36,016 bases of DNA from Thermoflexales bacterium (GTDB lineage Bacteria > Chloroflexota > Anaerolineae > Fen-1058). The notes under the pieces were generated by a model. It made no database searches. It was given only the letters and a program-made list of their open reading frames with translations, and was not told the DNA's origin. The stretch lies in the NCBI GenBank assembly GCA_017882055.1, contig JADGQE010000001.1, forward strand, positions 1-36,016, in the 5' to 3' direction. Of the stretch, positions 1 through 7,444 are shown piece by piece; position 1 is the first letter of the stretch; each line of letters opens with the position of its first letter. The position numbers and the translations under genes are program-made.

Positions 1-1725
1 GAAGGCATCGTCGACGCGGCCCGCACCATCGGCGGCAAGCAGGTCGATGCCAACGCCGTCAAGCAGCTGGTCGATGCCAAACTCGACGGTGCGCTGCGTG
101 ACGTGGCCGCCACGTTTACTTTGATGAGCCTGCATCAGGAACGCGAGAAGTTCATCCAGGAAGTGCAGAGCCGTTTGAAGACCGACCTGGAAGAGAACGG
201 CCTGATGCTGGAATCGGTTTCGATCCTGACGCTGCGCGCGGCCAAGCAAGGCTCGTTCGGCACGGACGATGTCTTCGGCGCGCAAGTGGCCCGCGCGAAT
301 GCGCAAGTCATTCAACAGGCGCTGCGTGAGCGCAATGACATCGAGCGCAAGACCGAGATCGAAATCAAGCAGCGCGACATCGGCACGGCCAAGCTGCGGC
401 TCGACCTCGATCGCGACCTGGCGCTGGCCTCGGCCACGCAGGAACGCGAAGTGCGCACGCTGCAAGCCACCGAGAAAGCCGTGGCTGATCAGAAGGTTTA
501 CGAAGAGGCGCAGAAGGCCGAACTGGCCCGCGTTTCAAAAGAACGCGCCGTGGCATTGGCCGAACTCGAACGCGAGCAGCAGCTCGGTATTCAGGGCGAG
601 CGCAAACAGCAGGAAGTTCTGGCCGCTGAAGTGGTGCGCCGCCAGGCCATCGAACTGGCCGAGCAGCAGCGACAGGTCATCGTGTTACAGGAACAGCAGA
701 AACGCGCCACTCAAGAAAAGGAACTCTTCATCGTCTCCGCTCAACGCGAAGAGGCCAATCAGGCGGTGAAAACCGTCGAGGCCACGCAGCAGGCTCAACG
801 CGAAGCGAAGATTCGCGTGATCGAAGCCGAGCGCGAAGCGCAGAAGCAGATGATCGAGCAGAAGAATAAGATCGAACTGGATGCGCTCCGCAAGCAGCGT
901 GAAGCCGAAGCGCAGGCCAAGGCCTTGAAGGAAATCGCCGGGGCCGAAGCCGAAGCTGCCTTGAAGCAGGCCGATACGCTCCGCACGCAGGCCGCCGCCG
1001 AAAAAGAAGCCGAGCAACTCCGCGCCGAAGGCGCGCGCGCCAGGGAATCTGCCACCGGCTTGGCCGAAGCCGAAGTGATGAAAGCCAAGGCCGATTCTGG
1101 TATGCGTGAAGCTGAAGCAGTGAAGGCGAAGGGTTTGGCCGAGGCCGAGAGCCAGAAAGCCAAGGCCGAAGCGCTGGCCGCCTACGATGGTGTGGCGCAG
1201 CGAGTCGAGATTATCAAGTTGCAGCTCGACGCGCAGGTGCGCATCGAAGTCGCCAAGTCGCAAGCGCTGGGCAATGCGCTGGCCTCGATGAACATCAAAC
1301 TGATTGGTGATCCACAATCGGCGTCCACGCTGCTGAGGATGGTCACCCTGGCCGATGGCATCGGCGAAGTCGTCAAAGCCGCGCCGCAGCCGGTGCGCGA
1401 GATCGGGCAGCAGCTCATCAACAAAGCCACCGGCGGCGATAGCGACAGCCTGATCAAGTTTGGCGAAGTCGTCGCCAAAGAGCAAGCGTCTGACTTGACT
1501 GAACTGGCTCTGCTTGTGCCGGAGATCATCAAGATCACCGAGAAGACGCTCGACGTGAATAAACTCAAGGGGCAAAGCGTCGGACAGGTTTTGGCTACGC
1601 TCAATCAGCGTGTCCGAGTTGAAGACAAGTCGACCGTCGAGAAGGCGCAGAAAGCGATCGCGCTGCTGCCCATCCTCAACGACCTGCCGTTTGAAGATAT
1701 GTATCTGCGAGCGACGGCGAAGTAA
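1..1725 (+). CDS. Flotillin / SPFH (band-7) family protein, 5' end cut by the window edge
   Basis: The frame is open from base 1 (EGIVDAARTIGGKQVDANAV...) and continuous with ORF 103..1725. A long Ala/Glu/Lys/Gln-rich coiled-coil (flotillin-type EA repeats) follows the end of an SPFH domain. The C-terminal tail is typical of YqiK/FloT-like proteins. Confidence 0.85.
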   Translation, partial: EGIVDAARTIGGKQVDANAVKQLVDAKLDGALRDVAATFTLMSLHQEREKFIQEVQSRLKTDLEENGLMLESVSILTLRAAKQGSFGTDDVFGAQVARANAQVIQQALRERNDIERKTEIEIKQRDIGTAKLRLDLDRDLALASATQEREVRTLQATEKAVADQKVYEEAQKAELARVSKERAVALAELEREQQLGIQGERKQQEVLAAEVVRRQAIELAEQQRQVIVLQEQQKRATQEKELFIVSAQREEANQAVKTVEATQQAQREAKIRVIEAEREAQKQMIEQKNKIELDALRKQREAEAQAKALKEIAGAEAEAALKQADTLRTQAAAEKEAEQLRAEGARARESATGLAEAEVMKAKADSGMREAEAVKAKGLAEAESQKAKAEALAAYDGVAQRVEIIKLQLDAQVRIEVAKSQALGNALASMNIKLIGDPQSASTLLRMVTLADGIGEVVKAAPQPVREIGQQLINKATGGDSDSLIKFGEVVAKEQASDLTELALLVPEIIKITEKTLDVNKLKGQSVGQVLATLNQRVRVEDKSTVEKAQKAIALLPILNDLPFEDMYLRATAK

Positions 1726-1732
1726 TTTGAAA

Positions 1733-1779
1733 CGTATTGCGTAGTGCGTATTACGATTCAACTCGCACTACGCAATACG
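1733..1779. repeat. Perfect 16-bp inverted repeat (CGTATTGCGTAGTGCG / CGCACTACGCAATACG) with a 15-nt loop
   Basis: Read directly: arms at 1733-1748 and 1764-1779. It lies between the flotillin stop (1725) and the PspA-like start (1794). No T-run follows it. Confidence 0.9.
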
Positions 1780-1793
1780 GAATATGCACTACG

Positions 1794-2384
1794 ATGAAGT
1801 GGATCGACCGCGTTCTGACTGCTCTACGTACCGCCGCGCGTGATCTGACCAGCGAAGAAGACGCAGCCGCTGAAGAGGATCACGTTGTGGCCCTGCTGGA
1901 CACCGCCCAGGCTCGGCTGAATGTGCTGCGCGATGAGCTGGCCACGGCCATCGCCCGCGAGAAACGCGCCGAGATCGAATGGCACGCAGCCGTCGCACAG
2001 GCCAATGCACTGGACGTGGGTGTCGATGCCGCACTGCGTACCGGGCAGGATGAGGCGGCCCGCGCCCAGATCGTACAGGCCTCGCGGGCGCAGATCAAAG
2101 CCGACGAGCTCAGCGAGCATTATCAGGCCTGCGTGCGCGTCTCGACCCGGCTGCGCGAAGAAGTCATGGCGCTGCAAGATCAGATCGATGAGACGCACGA
2201 CCGGTACACTCACTTAAACGATCGCGACCGCAGTGCCCAATCGCTAGAAAGTCTCAATCAGCTGCGGCGCGAACAACGCAAAGACACGCGGGCGCTCCAC
2301 AGCGAATTGGACGAACGCAAAGAGCAAGTCGCCAAACGCGAAGACCAGATCGCCGCGCGCGAAGAAATCGACCGCAAGCCGTAA
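1794..2384 (+). CDS. PspA/IM30-like coiled-coil protein
   Basis: ATG at 1794 (MKWIDRVL...). The upstream part of ORF 1737..2384 is the hairpin repeat. The protein is all-helical and rich in Arg/Glu/Ala/Gln, with a PspA-like layout (LLDTAQARL..REKRAEIEW..A..AL..G.DE.AR). Confidence 0.6.
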   Translation: MKWIDRVLTALRTAARDLTSEEDAAAEEDHVVALLDTAQARLNVLRDELATAIAREKRAEIEWHAAVAQANALDVGVDAALRTGQDEAARAQIVQASRAQIKADELSEHYQACVRVSTRLREEVMALQDQIDETHDRYTHLNDRDRSAQSLESLNQLRREQRKDTRALHSELDERKEQVAKREDQIAAREEIDRKP

Positions 2385-2425
2385 AGCGTATAGGCGTCGC
2401 TGACGTATCATCCAACCGATCTACT

Positions 2426-2872
2426 ATGACCCTCACATCCGAACAACAACAAGCCTTAGACGAATTGTTTGCGCAGGTGCCAGGCGCATCACGCCCGACT
2501 CATGAAGCGCCCGACATTCTGAAAACATGGCTGGGCGTTTCGGGCAGCGAACTCAAAGCCAAATTCTTCACGCTGCTCGATCGGAAAAATGATTTCGAGC
2601 GCCAGTTGATCGATCTGGCCGAGAGCAATCCGCTCGATTCGGCCTTCGGATTTCTCGCTGCGGCTTCGATGGCCTTCTACTCAGCCGAAAAAGACGTCAA
2701 TCCCAAGATCAAAACGTACATCGACGCATTTTATTACATTGCGACTTGCGCCTCAGTCGGTTATGCCGACATCTTCGCCGCCACGCAGGCTGGCCGCGCC
2801 ATCGCCGGATTGGTGATGGTCGTCGGGCCGGCCCTGACCAATCGTGCGCTCGATCGACCCAAGCAACCGTAA
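2426..2872 (+). CDS. Small two-TM ion-channel-like protein (K+ channel pore-loop fold)
   Basis: The C-terminal half reads TM, then pore helix (YIDAFYYIATCAS), then a filter-like VGYAD, then a second TM (AIAGLVMVVGPAL). It resembles the TVGYGD signature with Gly replaced by Ala. Confidence 0.55.
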   Translation: MTLTSEQQQALDELFAQVPGASRPTHEAPDILKTWLGVSGSELKAKFFTLLDRKNDFERQLIDLAESNPLDSAFGFLAAASMAFYSAEKDVNPKIKTYIDAFYYIATCASVGYADIFAATQAGRAIAGLVMVVGPALTNRALDRPKQP

Positions 2873-2888
2873 GGCCATCCTCCGAGCA

Positions 2889-2917
2889 TTGACGATTTCG
2901 TACTCCGCCGTTATAAT
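2889..2917 (+). promoter_or_regulatory. Near-consensus sigma-70 type promoter
   Basis: TTGACG (2889-2894), a 17-nt spacer, then TATAAT (2912-2917). Read directly. Confidence 0.6.
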
Positions 2918-2926
2918 CTTGCCACG

Positions 2927-3022
2927 ATGTATTTCTTAACTGCCAACACCATTGTCATCTGCACCGCCACCCGCGGCCCGATTGTGCCCCTTCCTTGTCG
3001 TATTGCGCCTCGTAACCGGTAA
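2927..3022 (+). CDS. Candidate leaderless 31-codon leader peptide (MYFLTANTIVICTATRGPIVPLPCRIAPRNR)
   Basis: The ATG lies 10 nt after the -10 box, so the transcript would be essentially leaderless. The ORF ends at TAA 3020-3022, 20 nt before the terminator stem. It is below the ORF-track length cutoff. Confidence 0.3.
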   Translation: MYFLTANTIVICTATRGPIVPLPCRIAPRNR

Positions 3023-3041
3023 CAGACTGATTGACTTTCTC

Positions 3042-3075
3042 AACCGCAGGCGCATGGCCTGCGGTTTTTATTTTT
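3042..3075 (+). terminator. Rho-independent terminator
   Basis: Stem AACCGCAGG (3042-3050) / CCTGCGGTT (3058-3066), followed by TTTTTATTTTT. Confidence 0.75.
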
Positions 3076-3088
3076 GTGGAGTTCGAAC

Positions 3089-4717
3089 ATGATTGCCGTA
3101 AACCTGACCCATCTCAAACTCGATTTGTTTGCCCGCCCGATCTTAACGGACATCGATTGGGAGATCCATGACGATCGCTGCGTCGGCCTGATTGGCCCCA
3201 ACGGCGCAGGCAAATCGTCACTGCTGAAATTGATCGCTGCCGAACTGGTTCCCGATGGTGGATCGATCACGCGCGCCAGGGGCCTGACGATCGGCTTTCT
3301 GCAGCAAGAACCCGTGCTTGATCCGGAACAGACCGCGCTTGACGAAGTCCTCACCGCTCATGCCGAATTACATTCCGTTGAAGCCGAATTGCAGCGGATC
3401 GAAGCCAAGCTTAGCGACCCGGATGTCTACGGCGACGAAAAAACGTTGGCGCGTGCGCTCGATACGCAACATCATTTGCTGGAGAAGTTCGAGGAACTCG
3501 GCGGCGCGACCTACGAGAAACACGTGCGCGAAACGCTGCGCGGACTCGGCCTCGACGAGCATGATTTTGAAACGAAGGTCGCCGCGTTGAGCGGCGGACA
3601 AAAGAAACTGGTGGGCCTGGCAAAGTTATTGATCACTCAGCCCGATCTGCTGCTGCTCGACGAGCCGGACAATCACCTCGATCTCAACGGCAAAGCGTTT
3701 CTCGAACGGACGATCAACAACTATCACGGCGCGGTCGTCATCGTGTCGCACGATCGTTATCTGCTCGATCGCGTCGTCGACGAAATCGCCGACCTGGAAG
3801 CGGGCCGTGTCGCCGTGTATCCAGGCACCTATTCTGAGTATGCTTTTGAAAAGCAAATGCGTCTCGCTCGCGCCCAACAGCTGTACCACGTCCAACAGCG
3901 CGAAATCAATCGCTTGCAGGCAGCGGCCAAGCAGCTATTGATTTGGGGTCGCACTTACGACAACAATAAGTTCATTCGGCGCGGCAAAGCGATTCTGGGT
4001 CGCATTGAAAAAATGGATAAGATCGACCGGCCTGTGATCGAGCCGAAGCGCATGGGCTTGCAGATCAACGGCTGGCGCGGCAGTAACAAGGTGCTGGAGA
4101 CTAAGAATCTAGGCAAATCATTTACGGATGAGGCGCTCTTCAACAATCTTGATCTGCTCATCCGTCACGGCGAGCGCGTCGGCCTGGTCGGGCCGAACGG
4201 CGCCGGCAAATCAGTCTTGCTCAAAGTGGTGCTGGGCGAGATCGAGCCGGATCACGGCGAGATCATGATCGGGCCGAGCGTCGCCGTGGGTTACTACGCT
4301 CAACAACATGAAACGCTCGATCGATCGCAGACGTTGATCGACGTGATTCGCCATGCCAAAGAATGCGGCGAAGGCGAAGCCGTTGCATTCTTGATCAAGT
4401 TCTTGTTCAGTTATACGCAGACGCGACAGCACGTGGGCGAGCTATCCGGCGGCGAACGCAGCCGCCTGCAACTTGCGCTGTTAATGCTAAGCGCTGCCAA
4501 TTTTCTACTACTCGACGAGCCGACCAACAACCTCGACATCGCTTCAGCCGAGGTGCTGGAACAAGCCCTGGATGATTTTGAAGGCACGGTGTTATGCGTC
4601 TCGCACGATCGCTATTTTCTCGATCGCATCGCCACACGCATCGTCGAACTCGATCGCGGCCAATGGATGGAGTATACGGGCGGGTATTCGGATTACGCTG
4701 AGAAGAAAAGCCGTTGA
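3089..4717 (+). CDS. ABC-F family ATPase (two ABC domains, no TM domain)
   Basis: ATG at 3089 with GGAG 8 nt upstream. Two Walker A motifs (GPNGAGKS twice), two signatures (LSGGQ, LSGGE) and two Walker B motifs (LLLLDEP). A helical interdomain linker is typical of ABC-F translation factors. Confidence 0.9.
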   Translation: MIAVNLTHLKLDLFARPILTDIDWEIHDDRCVGLIGPNGAGKSSLLKLIAAELVPDGGSITRARGLTIGFLQQEPVLDPEQTALDEVLTAHAELHSVEAELQRIEAKLSDPDVYGDEKTLARALDTQHHLLEKFEELGGATYEKHVRETLRGLGLDEHDFETKVAALSGGQKKLVGLAKLLITQPDLLLLDEPDNHLDLNGKAFLERTINNYHGAVVIVSHDRYLLDRVVDEIADLEAGRVAVYPGTYSEYAFEKQMRLARAQQLYHVQQREINRLQAAAKQLLIWGRTYDNNKFIRRGKAILGRIEKMDKIDRPVIEPKRMGLQINGWRGSNKVLETKNLGKSFTDEALFNNLDLLIRHGERVGLVGPNGAGKSVLLKVVLGEIEPDHGEIMIGPSVAVGYYAQQHETLDRSQTLIDVIRHAKECGEGEAVAFLIKFLFSYTQTRQHVGELSGGERSRLQLALLMLSAANFLLLDEPTNNLDIASAEVLEQALDDFEGTVLCVSHDRYFLDRIATRIVELDRGQWMEYTGGYSDYAEKKSR

Positions 4718-4765
4718 TTCGTGGTCTGGAACTTCGCAACATTCTGAAACCACGCTGAGGCATTA

Positions 4766-4824
4766 ACCGCCGAGCAACGCTGAGGGCGCGGAGAGAAACA
4801 ACAAAACTCAGCGTCCTCGGCGGT
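4766..4824. terminator. Long hairpin between convergent genes (possible bidirectional terminator)
   Basis: ACCGCCGAG (4766-4774) plus ACGCTGAG (4777-4784) pair with CTCAGCGT (4807-4814) plus CTCGGCGGT (4816-4824). The flanking T-runs are weak. Confidence 0.5.
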
Positions 4825-4837
4825 AAAAGAGATTCGA

Positions 4838-5818
4838 TTACTTCAGGCTGACCAGCTTACCAGTCTGTGCCGACTCCAGGAGCGCCTTGATCAAAGCCAC
4901 ATTGGCGCGGCTGTCTTCGAGCGGCACACGTTGGGGTTTGCCGCCCAGCGCGGCGTTCTCCATATCTTCGATCTCACCCTGGTATAAATCCTGGCTCGGC
5001 GCTTCGATCGACTCGACCCGATCGCCGTGCTTGATCACAATCCAATTATCCGTCTCAGGCTTAAACGGTTTGCTCAGCCACATCGTTCCGGCCGTGCCGA
5101 CGATCTCCATCCACGCGCGATAGGGTGAACGGAAGCCGCACTCGAACTGCGCGAGCAAGCCGTCGGCAAAACGCAGCTGCCCGACAAATACCTCATCGAC
5201 GCCCGTCAAGCCCAATACCTGCCAGCCGAGCGCTTCGATCGGTTCCTCACCCGCAACCAGGCGCGTATAGCTGATCGGATAGCAGCCCACATCCCAGATC
5301 GAGCCGCCGCCCATTTCAGGCAGCGAACGCACATCGCCTGATCGAGCCAGGCTGAAAGTAAAGGCACCCTTGATGACCAGCAGATCGCCAATCACCCGCT
5401 GCTTCAACAACTCCAACACCTTCAGCGTCTGCGGATGATGCTTGTACATGAAGGCTTCGGCGATGACGACGCGATACTGTTTGGCTGCCGCGATCATTCG
5501 ATCGACATCAGCCGTCGACAACGCCAGCGGCTTCTCGCACAGGACATGCTTGCCGGCGGCCGCACACTTGATCGACCACTCCGCGTGCAAGTGATTGGGC
5601 AAGCCGATATAGACCGCATTGATGTCCGGATCGGCGAGCAGCGCTTCATACGAGCCGAACGCGCGCGGAATATCCCACTCGTTGGCATAGGCCTCGGCAT
5701 TGGCCTGACTCCGGCTGGCGACAGCCACTAACTCCGATCGCTTCGAGGCGCGAATCGGCGAGATGACCGCTCGATTGATGCGCGCCGTACTCAACAGGCC
5801 CCAACGCAATTTATCCAT
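4838..5818 (-). CDS. Gfo/Idh/MocA family NAD(P)-dependent oxidoreductase
   Basis: N-terminal Rossmann region (LRWGLLSTARIN), an EKP motif (VLCEKPLA) and the family-typical C-terminal alpha/beta domain. Confidence 0.9.
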   Translation of the reverse strand: MDKLRWGLLSTARINRAVISPIRASKRSELVAVASRSQANAEAYANEWDIPRAFGSYEALLADPDINAVYIGLPNHLHAEWSIKCAAAGKHVLCEKPLALSTADVDRMIAAAKQYRVVIAEAFMYKHHPQTLKVLELLKQRVIGDLLVIKGAFTFSLARSGDVRSLPEMGGGSIWDVGCYPISYTRLVAGEEPIEALGWQVLGLTGVDEVFVGQLRFADGLLAQFECGFRSPYRAWMEIVGTAGTMWLSKPFKPETDNWIVIKHGDRVESIEAPSQDLYQGEIEDMENAALGGKPQRVPLEDSRANVALIKALLESAQTGKLVSLK

Positions 5819-5828
5819 GCGATTCCTT

Positions 5829-5861
5829 TCAATAAGAGGCCGCTCCGAAATGGGAACGGCC
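5829..5861 (-). terminator. Putative terminator after lipA
   Basis: On the minus strand, GGCCGTTCC pairs with GGAGCGGCC (one G-U pair), followed by TCTTATTG. Confidence 0.45.
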
Positions 5862-5879
5862 AGTTTGATGTGGCAGACT

Positions 5880-6812
5880 TTAAGCCGCCATGAGCCGCAG
5901 GCCCGGTGCGACGAGTGCCCGGGCCTGTTGATCGGCGTTATACGATGATCGAACGAGCGGCCCGCTTTCGACCCAGCGGAAGCCTAGCTCCAAACCGATC
6001 TGCTTCAGCTCAGCGAACTCTTCAAGCGACACGTAACGATCGATGGGCCTGTGCTGCTGGCTGGGCTGAAGATATTGGCCCAACGTCAAAATATCCACTT
6101 TGCGATCGACCAGGTCGCGCATCACGGCGATGACTTCTTCCTTCGTTTCGCCGAGGCCGAGCATGATGCCGCTCTTGGTCACTTGATCGGGACTCAGCGC
6201 CCTGGCATTGCCCAGCGTCTTCATCGCCCAGTCGTACTTGTCCTGCGGTTGAACTTGCTTGAACAGGCGCGGCACGGTCTCGACGTTGTGATTCAAAATC
6301 TCCGGCGCGGCATCGGTCACCATCTTCAACGCATCGATGTTGCCTTTGAAATCCGGAATCAGCACTTCGATGGTGCAGCCAGGCTGAATCTCACGGATGC
6401 GGTGAATCACCATCGCGAAAATCGGCGCGCCGCCGTCTTGACGCTCATCACGATTGACCGATGTGATCACCGCGTGCCGCAGATTCATCGCTTTGATCGC
6501 CTGCGCCACCCGATTGGGTTCGTCCCAGTCCATCGGCGCGGGCCGGCCGGTCTTGATATCGCAGAACGCGCACGAGCGCGTGCAGACATCGCCCAGCATC
6601 AAAAACGTGGCTGTGCCGCGTCCCCAGCACTCGCCCAGGTTGGGGCACAGCGCTTCTTCGCAGACGGTATGCAGCGTCTTGACGCGCATCAAGCGCTTGA
6701 GGTCTTCGTACGTTTGGCCCTGCGGCGCGCGGACTTTCAGCCATTCGGGCCGGCGCTGCGGGCGAGGTTTGTCTTCAACTTGAATCGCTTCAATTTCAAT
6801 CACATTATCCAA
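5880..6812 (-). CDS. lipA: Lipoyl synthase
   Basis: Has CPNLGECW, the radical-SAM CxxxCxxC motif ([10 protein letters not shown]) and SSY near the C-terminus. The start is uncertain. The ORF-track start at 6887 overlaps the Uma2 gene. TTG at 6812 has GGAG 7 nt upstream and gives about 310 aa. Confidence 0.9.
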   Translation of the reverse strand: MDNVIEIEAIQVEDKPRPQRRPEWLKVRAPQGQTYEDLKRLMRVKTLHTVCEEALCPNLGECWGRGTATFLMLGDVCTRSCAFCDIKTGRPAPMDWDEPNRVAQAIKAMNLRHAVITSVNRDERQDGGAPIFAMVIHRIREIQPGCTIEVLIPDFKGNIDALKMVTDAAPEILNHNVETVPRLFKQVQPQDKYDWAMKTLGNARALSPDQVTKSGIMLGLGETKEEVIAVMRDLVDRKVDILTLGQYLQPSQQHRPIDRYVSLEEFAELKQIGLELGFRWVESGPLVRSSYNADQQARALVAPGLRLMAA

Positions 6813-6831
6813 AATCCAACTCCATCGAACA

Positions 6832-7416
6832 TCATTCCGTGGCAAACAATTCGGCGACCGATACGCTAAATCCCGGCAGCACATCATCGCCGGGTAGCAT
6901 GTCGTGCTCGGTAAAACGTTTCACGTCTGTAACAGAGCGATAGACATAGACTTGCCGTGTACGTGGATCGGCTACCCAGACCGCTTTCACGCCGATGGCG
7001 AAATATTCGTCCAGCTTGTCCATCAAGTTGCCCCACGTGTCATCGGGTGACATGACCTCGACGACTAACTCCGGAGCGACGTCAAGGTAACTGAGCGACT
7101 TCACCTGCGCCATACGCTCACGCGAAACATACGCCACATCGGCCGCCCGTACGGTATCCGGGTTGCGATGAGTGTAGATACCCACTTCGCCGCCAAACAC
7201 TCGGCCTAGTTTGCGTTCGCGCACAAAGGACTTCAACACCAACGAAAAGTTGCTTTCAATATCTCCGTGTGGGTACCCGGTGGGCGACATGTAAACGATC
7301 TCTCCTTTGACAAGCTCGGTGCGGCCAATATCACCAATCTTATTAAGTTCTTCGCCGGTGAGAGGCGTCGCTTTCTCGCGAGTGACGGGGGAAGTTGTTA
7401 GCGTCTGCACAGCCAT
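6832..7416 (-). CDS. Uma2 family (DUF820) restriction-endonuclease-fold protein
   Basis: Typical Uma2 pattern: ELV.GEIV.MSP, HG..., PD.AYV and [15 protein letters not shown] lies 8 nt upstream of the ATG. Confidence 0.85.
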   Translation of the reverse strand: MAVQTLTTSPVTREKATPLTGEELNKIGDIGRTELVKGEIVYMSPTGYPHGDIESNFSLVLKSFVRERKLGRVFGGEVGIYTHRNPDTVRAADVAYVSRERMAQVKSLSYLDVAPELVVEVMSPDDTWGNLMDKLDEYFAIGVKAVWVADPRTRQVYVYRSVTDVKRFTEHDMLPGDDVLPGFSVSVAELFATE

Positions 7417-7444
7417 GTTAGCTGCCTCACTTTCTGCTTCAATT

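Noticed and set aside
685-1761. 358-aa ORF on the minus strand, plus several other ORFs overlapping the flotillin gene
   Set aside because: It is antisense to a strongly supported gene. Its composition is low-complexity Arg/Leu/Gly-rich, as expected from the reverse complement of an Ala/Glu/Lys/Gln repeat region. It has no start-site signals.
6051-6869. 272-aa plus-strand ORF
   Set aside because: It is fully antisense to lipA, whose radical-SAM motifs are unambiguous. It is a typical shadow ORF of GC-rich DNA.
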